Source: Telmatocola sphagniphila (GTDB taxonomy: Bacteria > Planctomycetota > Planctomycetia > Gemmatales > Gemmataceae). From it: DNA of 32,000 bases. This document shows positions 8,542 through 16,761 of the stretch, in pieces; the stretch's first letter is position 1, and every line of letters begins with the position of its first letter. Under the pieces are notes generated by a model. It made no database searches. It was not told where the DNA came from and saw only the letters and a program-made list of their open reading frames with translations. Position numbers and translations under genes: made by a program. The stretch is taken from NCBI RefSeq assembly GCF_018398935.1, contig NZ_CP074694.1, forward strand, positions 5,730,001 to 5,762,000. The letters run 5' to 3'.

Positions 8542-9887
8542 AAGACCCTCGATTCTTAAACCGTCGCACCTTTCTGCGCGGTCTGGGTACCGCGATCGCT
8601 CTTCCGGGGCTCGAAGCGATGCAAGCTTCCGGAACCTGCCGAGCGAATCCCACCGCGGACAAAGTTCCTTTGCGGCTGGCTTATATTTACGTGCCCAACG
8701 GCGTTCACATGCCGTCTTGGACTCCCCAGGCGACGGGAGCCGATTTTGCATGGCCTCCCCTGCTTCGTCCGCTGCAATCGCTGCGCGAAGAACTCACGAT
8801 CCTGAGCGGGCTCGCGCTCGATCCCGCGCGGGCTCATGGGGATGGGGGGGGCGACCACGCGCGGGCCATGGCCTCCTTTTTGACTTGTCAACATCCGCGA
8901 AAAACGAATGGGACCGATCTGAAAGCGGGCCTCTCCGCAGATCAGATCGCGGCGCAAGCTCTCGGACGTCGAACGCGATTCGCTTCTCTGGAAATCGGCT
9001 GCGAAGGCGGACGCGATTCGGGGGTATGCGATCACGGCTACAGTTGTGCCTACCAGACCCACCTGGCCTGGAGCCGGGAGAATACTCCGGTACCCCAAGA
9101 AATCGATCCGCGTTTACTTTTCGAACGGCTGTTCGGTACCGGCGGCGCGGCCAAAACTTCGACGGAGGAGCGGGAACGGCGCAGCCTTCTGGATTTCGTA
9201 ACGGAAGACGCTCGCCAGTTGCGAGATAAAGTGGGAAGCTCGGACAAACAGCGAATCGAAGAATATCTCACGGGAATTCGTGAACTTGAATTGCGAATCA
9301 CCCGCGCCCAGCCTGTAGCCGAAGTGGGACCGTCCCGACTCTCGCGTCCGGTCGGTATTCCGGGCGATTACGGGGAGTACTTACGGGTCATGGCCGACCT
9401 ACTCGTGCTCGCCTTTCAAACCGATTCGACGCGGATCGCGACCTTCGCGTTCGGCAATGATGGGGGTAACCGAAGCTATCCCGCCTTAAAGATTTCCGAG
9501 GGTCACCACGATTTGTCCCATCACGGCGGCGATCCGGCGAAATTAAGCAAAATCCAGGCGATTAATGTGTTCCACCTGGAACAATTGGCTTACCTACTGA
9601 AGAAGCTCCAAGCGACTAAAGAAGGGGAGGGTACCCTCCTCGATAATTGCATGATCGTTTACGGGAGTGGAATTTCCGATGGAGACGCCCACAGCCACGA
9701 CAATCTGCCCATTCTCCTGGCCGGTCGCGGCCGAGGGACTCTGAAACCCGGAAAACATCTCCGTTGTAGCCGCGAAACGCCGCTCGCCAATCTGCATCGC
9801 GCGCTCTTGGATCGTCTGGGAGTTTCGGTCACGAGCTTTGGCGATTCGACGGGTTCATTATCGGAACTCGGAACTTTGGACCCGTGA
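8538..9887 (+). CDS. DUF1552 (HXXSHH) domain protein with a TAT signal
   Basis: The N-terminus MKDPRFLNRRTFLRGLGTAIALPGLEAM carries a twin-arginine motif. The HHDLSHHGGD (HXXSHH) motif is at 9504-9533. The ATGA start/stop overlap with the upstream gene is at 8538-8541. Confidence 0.9.
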   Translation: MKDPRFLNRRTFLRGLGTAIALPGLEAMQASGTCRANPTADKVPLRLAYIYVPNGVHMPSWTPQATGADFAWPPLLRPLQSLREELTILSGLALDPARAHGDGGGDHARAMASFLTCQHPRKTNGTDLKAGLSADQIAAQALGRRTRFASLEIGCEGGRDSGVCDHGYSCAYQTHLAWSRENTPVPQEIDPRLLFERLFGTGGAAKTSTEERERRSLLDFVTEDARQLRDKVGSSDKQRIEEYLTGIRELELRITRAQPVAEVGPSRLSRPVGIPGDYGEYLRVMADLLVLAFQTDSTRIATFAFGNDGGNRSYPALKISEGHHDLSHHGGDPAKLSKIQAINVFHLEQLAYLLKKLQATKEGEGTLLDNCMIVYGSGISDGDAHSHDNLPILLAGRGRGTLKPGKHLRCSRETPLANLHRALLDRLGVSVTSFGDSTGSLSELGTLDP

Positions 9888-10262
9888 TCTCATACAGAAG
9901 GACAGTAATGCGGTTTTTTCAAGAGTGTCAACTTGCAGAAATGAGTTGCGAGCTCGAACGCAATCACGGGCTCACAGTTGCGATTTGTCTAGTCAAATGC
10001 TTGCATAGTTGGCCGATTTTGATTTTCTTTCTGTGCACGTTGCGCGTGTCGGACTATGTGACCGGAGCGCGCAAAGTGGATTGTGGAATGACGCTCAATC
10101 GTCGATGTTCGCTTGCTCGTTGGTATTTGAGTGACTACAATCTGAAAAATTGCGTTTGCGCTCCGCCAAATAGCGAGACACCGCTGTAATGTATATGGTT
10201 CTCGATCAAGTCGCGGTGCGTCTGGCTAGTAAGAAATATGTTCGGCGGGGAAGGGTTTTGAG

Positions 10263-10508
10263 ATGAGAAAGGCTGTAGTCGGACTACTGACTTTAGCGAT
10301 TTTACTATCGTTTCTTTTCTTGGCGCATGGAATTTCGACAGGTATCGCTGTTCCGTATCATCACCCGACGCCTGAGCAAACCGCTTACGAAAGCTACCAT
10401 GGGAGTATCAGTAACTACCTGTACGTTTCTGCAGCCGCGACTTGGCTGGCTACGGTCGTTGCGGTATTGGCGGCTGGGGTTGCCGCCGGTGTCGCTAAGC
10501 TGAAATAG
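10263..10508 (+). CDS. Hypothetical small membrane protein (81 aa)
   Basis: It has an N-terminal hydrophobic helix (VVGLLTLAILLSFLFLAHG) and a C-terminal helix (AAATWLATVVAVLAAGVAAGVA). A purine-rich stretch GGGGAAGGG lies upstream of the ATG. I recognise no family. Confidence 0.45.
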   Translation: MRKAVVGLLTLAILLSFLFLAHGISTGIAVPYHHPTPEQTAYESYHGSISNYLYVSAAATWLATVVAVLAAGVAAGVAKLK

Positions 10509-10841
10509 CTTTTGACGAAGTCTAGCCGTCGCGTTGAGACATTTTTTGCGTTATGGACTATGCTGGCAGCTAAGAGAGGGACGACACGCCACTTGACGTT
10601 TGCGTGACTGCCCCGAGCTATGTGACCTACTCGCGAAGCATTTGATTGAATTCTGCCTCGATAACCCTCTATTTTTCATGAAATTGCGGTACAACGATCC
10701 GATGTACGAGTGCCAGCGTCTCCTGTCGACGTTGAAGCCCGCATTGGCATAATAACTATTAAATGTATGCGTTGGTTTTGGTTAGTAGAAAAAAAGATTG
10801 CCTCGGAAGAAATGATAGGGTTATCTGACGAATAGCTTGTC

Positions 10842-11516
10842 ATGAAACTATCAGATACATCTGAACCCAACGAAACCTCGACGCAGAAATCGAGATGGTG
10901 GGATTATCTACTCAGATCACTCTATCTCTTTTGGCTTGTTTTTGGTTTCCTGCTGATTTCGCCAGCAATCTTCGGTGCTATCCGGGTGATCGGCATTTTT
11001 CAGCAACTCCGTACTGAATCCTACGTACAAACAAATGGCACTATCGTCTCAAACGAGTTGAAGGAATTGGAGAACGTCGAAGGTGATAATACTCATGAAT
11101 TAATAGTCAAATACGACTACTTGGTCGATGGATTCAACTACTCTGGTGTACGAATTCGCTACCCCAACTTGGGTAGCACGTTTTCGGATCATTGGCCAAG
11201 ACGCTGGGCCAGAGAATTCAAACTAGGTGCGAATGTACCTGTTTACTACAATCCAGAAAATCCAGAACAGAGCGTGTTGCACAGAGCAGTTTTGTCAATT
11301 GATTTTGCTGAACTTTGGTTTTTCGTCGCATTCTATCCTTTGATCTTAACGCGGGCAATGCCCGCAACCCTAGGTATTAACGAACATGGCGTCGGTTTAT
11401 CCAATGGAAGTAACCACACAACCGTTGGAGACTCGACGCCATGCCGACGATCAACTCATTTACGAAGAAGTTCGCCGATTCCATTCTATCCGTTCTGGAA
11501 TGTCACGACCGCGTGA
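10842..11516 (+). CDS. DUF3592-like membrane protein; the 3' tail may be non-native
   Basis: The layout is a TM helix (LYLFWLVFGFLLISPAIFGAIRVIGIF), then a beta-rich domain (TNGTIVSNEL...ELIVKYDYLVDGFNYSG...VPVYYNPENPEQSVL), then a second hydrophobic segment (ELWFFVAFYPLILT), which matches DUF3592 architecture. The last ~50 codons overlap the next gene by 76 nt. Confidence 0.65.
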   Translation: MKLSDTSEPNETSTQKSRWWDYLLRSLYLFWLVFGFLLISPAIFGAIRVIGIFQQLRTESYVQTNGTIVSNELKELENVEGDNTHELIVKYDYLVDGFNYSGVRIRYPNLGSTFSDHWPRRWAREFKLGANVPVYYNPENPEQSVLHRAVLSIDFAELWFFVAFYPLILTRAMPATLGINEHGVGLSNGSNHTTVGDSTPCRRSTHLRRSSPIPFYPFWNVTTA

Positions 11517-12988
11517 TTTTCAAAGGATATCTTCCCTTTTTCAAGAATGGAGATCTCCACCGTCTCTGCGATAGCGGACTGGGCATGCGTCGCAAAGACT
11601 TCGTTCCCTTCCTGGAAGGTCTGTCCGAAGAACTGGTGGAACATGGCAAACGAGTCGCCGCCGAAGCCGGTGCTCCTTATCGGTTTCTCCAAGGGGAGCA
11701 CACCAAAGAGCAGATCATCCGCGAGGAGATTGCCAAACGCAGTCTAAAGGAAGGACTGGTCGCCGTGCTGTGCTGCATGGAAACCTGTCGCGGCGTCAAG
11801 CTGCGTCCCGGCAAGGATCGACCGGAATTGTACTTCACGTCTCGCCCGCAACGCGTCGTCTATTTCTATTCTCTCGATCCCGAGTTCGGACTGATCCATG
11901 TCCGCATCCAAACCTTCTTTCCTTACAGCGTCCAAGTCTACGTCAACGGTCACGACTGGCTGGCCCGCCAGATGAACGAAAAGCAGATCGGCTTCCTTCA
12001 AAGCGATAATGCCTTCGTTCAACTCGACAATCCCGAAGCCGCTCAACGCCTGGCCGATCGCTTTGCCCATTTGAATTGGATCAAAATTCTCGACCGTTGG
12101 GTCCGCCGGGCCAATCCGCTATTGAAAAAAGACTGGCTGAACCGCTGCCAATACTACTGGGTGATCGATCAAGCCGAGTACAGCACGGACGTTTTGTTCC
12201 GAAGTCGTGAAGACTTACAAGCTCTTTACCCGCGTCTGGTCGATCACTCGATTCAACAGTTCTCTGCCGACGACCTTATGAAATTCCTGGGACGCAAGCT
12301 CTATCCTCAATTCGACGGAGAAATTCTTACTCTGGGCCGCAAGAAACGGGCACCGGGCACACGCGTCAAGCACCGCATGAAAGGCAATTGGCTGAAAATG
12401 TACGACAAATTCGAACGGATTCTCCGCATTGAAACAGTAATCAACCAGCCAGGCGAGTTCCACGTCCGCCGTCGATGCATCCGCAAAGGGGTCGAAAAAA
12501 TGGCCTGGTGCCCCATGAACAAAGGCGTGTCTAATTTCTATCGCTACCTCGAAGTCGCCCGCGCTTCGAATCGACGCTATCTCGAGGCTTTGGCCGTTGT
12601 GGACGCTCCTTCGGTCACCGTGCGTCAACTCGACCAACTGAGTCAACCCGTCTCTCTGGGTAACCGGAAGCGACGCGGCTTGAACTTGATGCACGCCGAA
12701 GAACAGAAGCTATTCCTGGCTGTCTTATGCGGCGATAATCGCATCAATGGGTTTCGCAACCACGACATCCTGAAAGCGTTGAACGAGCCCGCCCGGGATG
12801 CCGCTGAACGGCGTCGGCAAACGCAACGAGTCTCGCGACAATTGGGAAGGTTGCGCGCTCATGGATTGATTCGGAAAGTCCCGCGGGCGCATCGCTATCA
12901 TGTGACGGATAAAGGCAATGCGGTGATGGCGGCGGCCGTTCGTATCCGCATCAAAGAGTTCCCGAAAGAACTCAAAACCGCGATTTAA
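11441..12988 (+). CDS. Uncharacterised 515-aa protein with a C-terminal winged-helix-like DNA-binding domain
   Basis: This is a long ORF with coding-like composition and GGAGAC 8 nt upstream of the ATG. The C-terminus GFRNHDILKAL...VSRQLGRLRAHGLIRKVPRAHRYHVTDKGNAVM reads as a helix-turn-helix plus wing. I could not assign the N-terminal ~400 aa to any family. Confidence 0.8.
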   Translation: MPTINSFTKKFADSILSVLECHDRVIFKGYLPFFKNGDLHRLCDSGLGMRRKDFVPFLEGLSEELVEHGKRVAAEAGAPYRFLQGEHTKEQIIREEIAKRSLKEGLVAVLCCMETCRGVKLRPGKDRPELYFTSRPQRVVYFYSLDPEFGLIHVRIQTFFPYSVQVYVNGHDWLARQMNEKQIGFLQSDNAFVQLDNPEAAQRLADRFAHLNWIKILDRWVRRANPLLKKDWLNRCQYYWVIDQAEYSTDVLFRSREDLQALYPRLVDHSIQQFSADDLMKFLGRKLYPQFDGEILTLGRKKRAPGTRVKHRMKGNWLKMYDKFERILRIETVINQPGEFHVRRRCIRKGVEKMAWCPMNKGVSNFYRYLEVARASNRRYLEALAVVDAPSVTVRQLDQLSQPVSLGNRKRRGLNLMHAEEQKLFLAVLCGDNRINGFRNHDILKALNEPARDAAERRRQTQRVSRQLGRLRAHGLIRKVPRAHRYHVTDKGNAVMAAAVRIRIKEFPKELKTAI

Positions 12989-13043
12989 TAAAATACACAA
13001 AAAGTTTGCGCAAAAAGCGCAAAAGATAAGAAGAAAGACTCTA

Positions 13044-13622
13044 ATGGGTTTGGGTGTATTTATCTGCGTTTATGCAGGTATCTTTGGAAAGGATGAGCCT
13101 TCATTGGAAGGATTGAAGGTTATCGGTTCCGGTGAAAAGTATTCCATCTACTTCACCAATGTCCCTCTTTGGTTATCGTTCGTCAATCGAGTCTTTTTGA
13201 TCCTTGCATTGGAAGCCTTGTTGACTTCGATTTTCGGCAGCGGCTTTTTGCAGTTGGCCGACAATAAATCCTTCGTGTTGTGTTGCTGGATAATCGGTCC
13301 CCCAGTAGCGATTCTAGTTAGTTTGTACCTTTCTCCATCGCGTCTGGTAGTCGACTTAGAACGAAAAACTCTGTGCGTTCTTAATAAATATAGCTCATAC
13401 GAAACGATTCCTCTTTCTTGGTGCCGAAGCATTGACGTACTCGACGAAAGCATAATCAAGTCGGACAGGAGTGACGACGAAAACATCTTTCGATACATAA
13501 TTAACCTGACTTGGCACGATCGCGACGGTACGTCTTGCAAATTGAATTTGAAAGTTTACACTGATTCGGCACTCGCCCAAGCGATATGTGAGGAACTAAA
13601 GGCAATGATTCCGATGACGTGA
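13044..13622 (+). CDS. Hypothetical membrane protein (192 aa)
   Basis: The N-terminal half has 2-3 hydrophobic helices (VPLWLSFVNRVFLILALEALLTSIFG; FVLCCWIIGPPVAILVSLYL). The C-terminal ~90 aa look soluble. The gene is AT-rich and I recognise no family. Confidence 0.5.
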   Translation: MGLGVFICVYAGIFGKDEPSLEGLKVIGSGEKYSIYFTNVPLWLSFVNRVFLILALEALLTSIFGSGFLQLADNKSFVLCCWIIGPPVAILVSLYLSPSRLVVDLERKTLCVLNKYSSYETIPLSWCRSIDVLDESIIKSDRSDDENIFRYIINLTWHDRDGTSCKLNLKVYTDSALAQAICEELKAMIPMT

Positions 13623-13844
13623 AAGCTATTCTGATAATAGGAACTCTTAATGTGCAATGACCATAATCGAAATTCTAGATTTGCTTTGAAAGAAGGAGCT
13701 AACTATTCCCAATAGTTGCATTCCGCCACATCTCCATAATCCTCATGACAGGTTGCTATCTTTTTCTACGCAGGTCCGACACGCCGCGTTAGTTTGGACC
13801 ACGAACCTTGTTAAACAACGGTATTGGCGCGGTCTTTTATTGCT

Positions 13845-14267
13845 TCAATCAAAGAAGACATTCCAAAACCATCCATTTGGATCGATGAAGACGACGAACA
13901 ATATTGGCAACCATCCTAGGGAGATTAGGCCTGCCTGTCGAAAGCTTATGGTCTTTGCCGCGAGGGCAATAGCGCAAGCGATTGACCAAATTAAAAATGC
14001 AAGAGGAATGATAAAGATCAGACCGATCGCGAGAATATGGTCGTGCATCCCGTTCGACAAGTGAGCAATAAACCGATCCCCTTTAGCGACTGGCGAACGG
14101 CCAATGATCCACCAAATGCGAAAGCAAAAGCAATAAAACAGTGCAACCCATCCTGTCGCCAACAGGGGCGCCACAATCAAAATGCATGCCATAAGGGGCC
14201 CGTTCGACTTCACGAACGCTACTCCGGCTGCCATCAGAGAGCTTCGTCGAGACATTTCATTACTCAT
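13845..14267 (-). CDS. Hypothetical 4-TM membrane protein (140 aa)
   Basis: Four clear hydrophobic helices: LMACILIVAPLLATGWVALFYCF, ILAIGLIFIIPLAFLIW, IACAIALAA and LISLGWLPILFVVF. I recognise no family. Confidence 0.5.
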   Translation of the reverse strand: MSNEMSRRSSLMAAGVAFVKSNGPLMACILIVAPLLATGWVALFYCFCFRIWWIIGRSPVAKGDRFIAHLSNGMHDHILAIGLIFIIPLAFLIWSIACAIALAAKTISFRQAGLISLGWLPILFVVFIDPNGWFWNVFFD

Positions 14268-14419
14268 AAAATCTCCTCGAAACCCTATTATATTTCGCTT
14301 CAGGTGATGTTACCCGCTCAGTTCCGACACGCCGGATGGAGTTTTGGTGACTGCCATTTTCGATGCGACCGGTATATCCAATTGAAGTTATTCGAAGGGC
14401 GATAACAGACTTCGAGAAG

Positions 14420-15655
14420 TCAGCCTCCCTGACATTCTCCCCATACACGCTCGAAACGCCCTTTCGCCAAAGCTTTGGCATCGGCATAAAAAGTCAATTC
14501 GCCTCCGTCCCCCCAAACCATTTTTGAGTAGTTGTCAGTGCCGATTTGCACCAACATTGCTAGTCCTTTTTCCAAGACTTCCTGAGGGAAATCCTGTTGG
14601 AAGAGCGCGTAGCCACCCAGCTGATGATGGCTTGCAAATATATCACTGTTTTTCAACCAATAGCCCATTTGAAGTGAACGAAAATCTGATTGCATAACAT
14701 CGAATCGGTCGTAAAGCTCTTCCGTCCATCCCAGTGCCGCCAAAGGCGGTTCGACTCGGTGATTGGGTAGAGACAAAACCGGAGTGGGTAATACGGCTGC
14801 TGATTTGAAGAAATTAACTGTTTTTGGTGTCTTCCGGCGTTCTAATTTTACCTTTTTTGGCGTGTGCAGGATGACTGTCCACCCAATTTGTTCTGCTCCA
14901 ACTTCCGTAGGTGTTTTTGGATCGAATTCTCCTTCCTCTAGCCAACCCCACACGGAGAATATTGAGAGTAGACCATCTATGGGTAATCCTTTGATCGGCG
15001 TTCCGAGCTTGGTTATCTCCGAGAGATTAATTTGAGCCAAAAACGCAAGCGGCTTGCCGTTTGTGTAGACCGGCCATTCGACATTTGCAGGCAAATCGGG
15101 TTGACCCCCAATTTTGCTTGCCGCAATAGGGATCTTCGCCTCAGTCGATTTTGTTGTCCTAAGAAGAATAGCGGGACGTGATACCTTGCGGATCTCTTTT
15201 CGAAATTGCTTGAGATCGTGGATTTCGATCATCCTATCGAGTAGCTTCGTCTCGTCATAAGGCTGACCAGCAAGTTCGATCTTCAGCCGAGCACCCTTAT
15301 CCAGTTTATTCCACACAATCGAATAAGCCTCGTCGATTAATGATTTAATGAATTCAACTGGCAAATCAGCATGCAAGGAAACTTCCATGTAAATATGCCC
15401 GTCGCGCTCTTCCCAAGCTGATTTTTTCAACGCCGGGTATACTTTTCGATGCTCTTTAAATCGATCTGCCAAGACGGGCATCCGGACGTATGGCTCATCT
15501 GCTATTTCAAAGAACATTCCCCACAAGCCACCTGGTAGTTGGACCGAAGGAAATTCATGGACATCGAAGTTGCTTTGGCTGGGGCTTTGACGTGCTCCTT
15601 TTTTTGCTATCGCGTACTCTGCCAGCTTTCGGATTGTCTGCTTAAAGGTAGGCAT
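14420..15655 (-). CDS. Fusion protein: YjbR/MmcQ-like N-terminal domain + DUF1963 (YwqG-like) C-terminal domain
   Basis: The DUF1963 signature SKIGGQPDLPANVEWP...KPLAFLAQINLSEI and the C-terminal GDGGELTFYADAKALAKGRFERVW are present. The N-terminal ~150 aa (LAEYAIAKKGA...WEERDGHIYMEVSLHADLPVEFIKSLIDEAYSIV) resemble the YjbR fold family. I chose the ATG at 15655. The longer ORF, starting at 15727, begins inside the IS3 terminal repeat. Confidence 0.8.
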   Translation of the reverse strand: MPTFKQTIRKLAEYAIAKKGARQSPSQSNFDVHEFPSVQLPGGLWGMFFEIADEPYVRMPVLADRFKEHRKVYPALKKSAWEERDGHIYMEVSLHADLPVEFIKSLIDEAYSIVWNKLDKGARLKIELAGQPYDETKLLDRMIEIHDLKQFRKEIRKVSRPAILLRTTKSTEAKIPIAASKIGGQPDLPANVEWPVYTNGKPLAFLAQINLSEITKLGTPIKGLPIDGLLSIFSVWGWLEEGEFDPKTPTEVGAEQIGWTVILHTPKKVKLERRKTPKTVNFFKSAAVLPTPVLSLPNHRVEPPLAALGWTEELYDRFDVMQSDFRSLQMGYWLKNSDIFASHHQLGGYALFQQDFPQEVLEKGLAMLVQIGTDNYSKMVWGDGGELTFYADAKALAKGRFERVWGECQGG

Positions 15656-15701
15656 GAATGAAATTCCTGTGTTGAAACAAGAAGTGCAGTAAACCGTAGA
15701 T

Positions 15702-15738
15702 TGAACCTCCCCATTTTGCGTGGACACGGAGTTAAGCT
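15702..15738. repeat. IS3-family terminal inverted repeat (orfB-proximal end)
   Basis: Pairs with 18104-18140 (27/37 identities, aligned by hand). The orfB stop codon (15732-15734) lies inside it. Confidence 0.8.
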
Positions 15739-16559
15739 ACTTTTACTGCCCTCTCATATTGGTCTGGGGAAACGTATCCCAGACTCGAATGTCTTCTAAT
15801 CCGATTGTAGAACACTTCGATGTATTCGAAGATGCTTCTTTTTGCTTCCTCCCGGGTCTTGTACTCCATCCGGTGACACAGTTCTTTCTTTAAACTGGCA
15901 AAGAAGCTCTCCATCGGAGCGTTGTCCCAACAGTCGGCTCTACAACTCATGCTGCAGCGGATGCCCTTCTTCTCCAGCAATCTTTGGTAGTGCTCGCTGG
16001 CATACTGACTACCTCGGTCCGAGTGAGCCAGCAAACCTTCCGCCGGATATCTCGTCTCGACGGCCATGGCTAAGGCATCGACCACCAACCGGCTTTCCAT
16101 CGTCCGATCCATCGACCTACCGACGATCCGACGCGAGTAAAGATCCTCGACCACGGCCAGGTAAAGCCAGCCCTCTTTCGTCGGTATGTAAGTGATGTCG
16201 GCCGTCCACAAACGATCCGGTGCATCCGCCGAATCGAACCGTCGATTCAATTCGTTCCCGGCCACCGGCAGCGAATGATTGCTATCGGTCGTTCGAACGA
16301 ACCGACGAGGCATCGAAGCTCGAATTCCCGCTGTTTTCATCACCTTAGCCACCGTATTTCGACAGCACTTATAGCCTCGGGCCTGCAATTCCGCATGCAT
16401 CCGAGGGCTGCCATAACGCTCTTTCATCTCGGCATGAATCGTCCGAATCTCCGTCAACAGCCGGGGACTCGCTTCGCATCGCCCATTCAGCCTCAGACGC
16501 TTTCGAAACTGATAGTAGCCCGAAGTTGAAACCCCCAGCACCGAGCACATCCGCTTCAC
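15732..16559 (-). CDS. IS3-family transposase orfB (DDE integrase core)
   Basis: The DDE catalytic context is WTADITYIPT, HSDRGSQYAS and DNAPMESFF, with the YNRIRRHSSLGYVSP tail. The frame stays open upstream as KSGQLLCAGFGLKYEFIEAHASTWPVKRM back to the slippery site, as expected for an orfAB fusion. Confidence 0.9.
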   Translation of the reverse strand: MKRMCSVLGVSTSGYYQFRKRLRLNGRCEASPRLLTEIRTIHAEMKERYGSPRMHAELQARGYKCCRNTVAKVMKTAGIRASMPRRFVRTTDSNHSLPVAGNELNRRFDSADAPDRLWTADITYIPTKEGWLYLAVVEDLYSRRIVGRSMDRTMESRLVVDALAMAVETRYPAEGLLAHSDRGSQYASEHYQRLLEKKGIRCSMSCRADCWDNAPMESFFASLKKELCHRMEYKTREEAKRSIFEYIEVFYNRIRRHSSLGYVSPDQYERAVKVA

Positions 16560-16629
16560 TGGCCAAGTACTCGCATGAGCTTCGATGAACTCATACTTCA
16601 GACCGAATCCTGCGCAAAGAAGCTGACCG

Positions 16630-16637
16630 CTTTTTTT
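16630..16637 (-). promoter_or_regulatory. IS3 programmed -1 ribosomal frameshift site (A AAA AAG)
   Basis: The minus strand reads CTAAAAAAAGCG. The orfA frame gives ...ERDILKKAVSFFAQDSV* (stop at 16598-16600) and the -1 frame continues into orfB. This is the canonical IS3-family arrangement. Confidence 0.8.
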
Positions 16638-16761
16638 AGAATGTCCCGCTCCATACGCAATCGATCGTTCTCAACCCGGAGACGAGCTAGTGTAGTGTCC
16701 CAGAAATAGCGTTACTTTTAGCTCCTTTTTGCGGTTTACTCTATAGAGGAGGAGAAAACCC

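Noticed and set aside
8844-8851. A G8 homopolymer in the DUF1552 gene, and a C8 run at 29658-29665 in the kinase gene, as possible phase-variation tracts
   Set aside because: Both simply encode Gly-Gly-Gly (HGDGGGDH and FIGGGSL, the latter being the conserved kinase region). The frames are intact and nothing in the context suggests contingency loci.
6553-9229. Antisense or off-frame ORFs inside the DUF1592/DUF1552 genes (6553-7212 -, 8429-9229 +, 8556-9098 -)
   Set aside because: They have the same shadow-ORF character and no motifs, and they fully overlap genes with clear family signatures.
9884-10189. A 101-aa ORF directly after the DUF1552 gene
   Set aside because: The translation is Cys-rich and irregular, with no RBS, no hydrophobic or domain pattern and no motif. 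It is probably non-coding spacer at the start of the AT-rich block.
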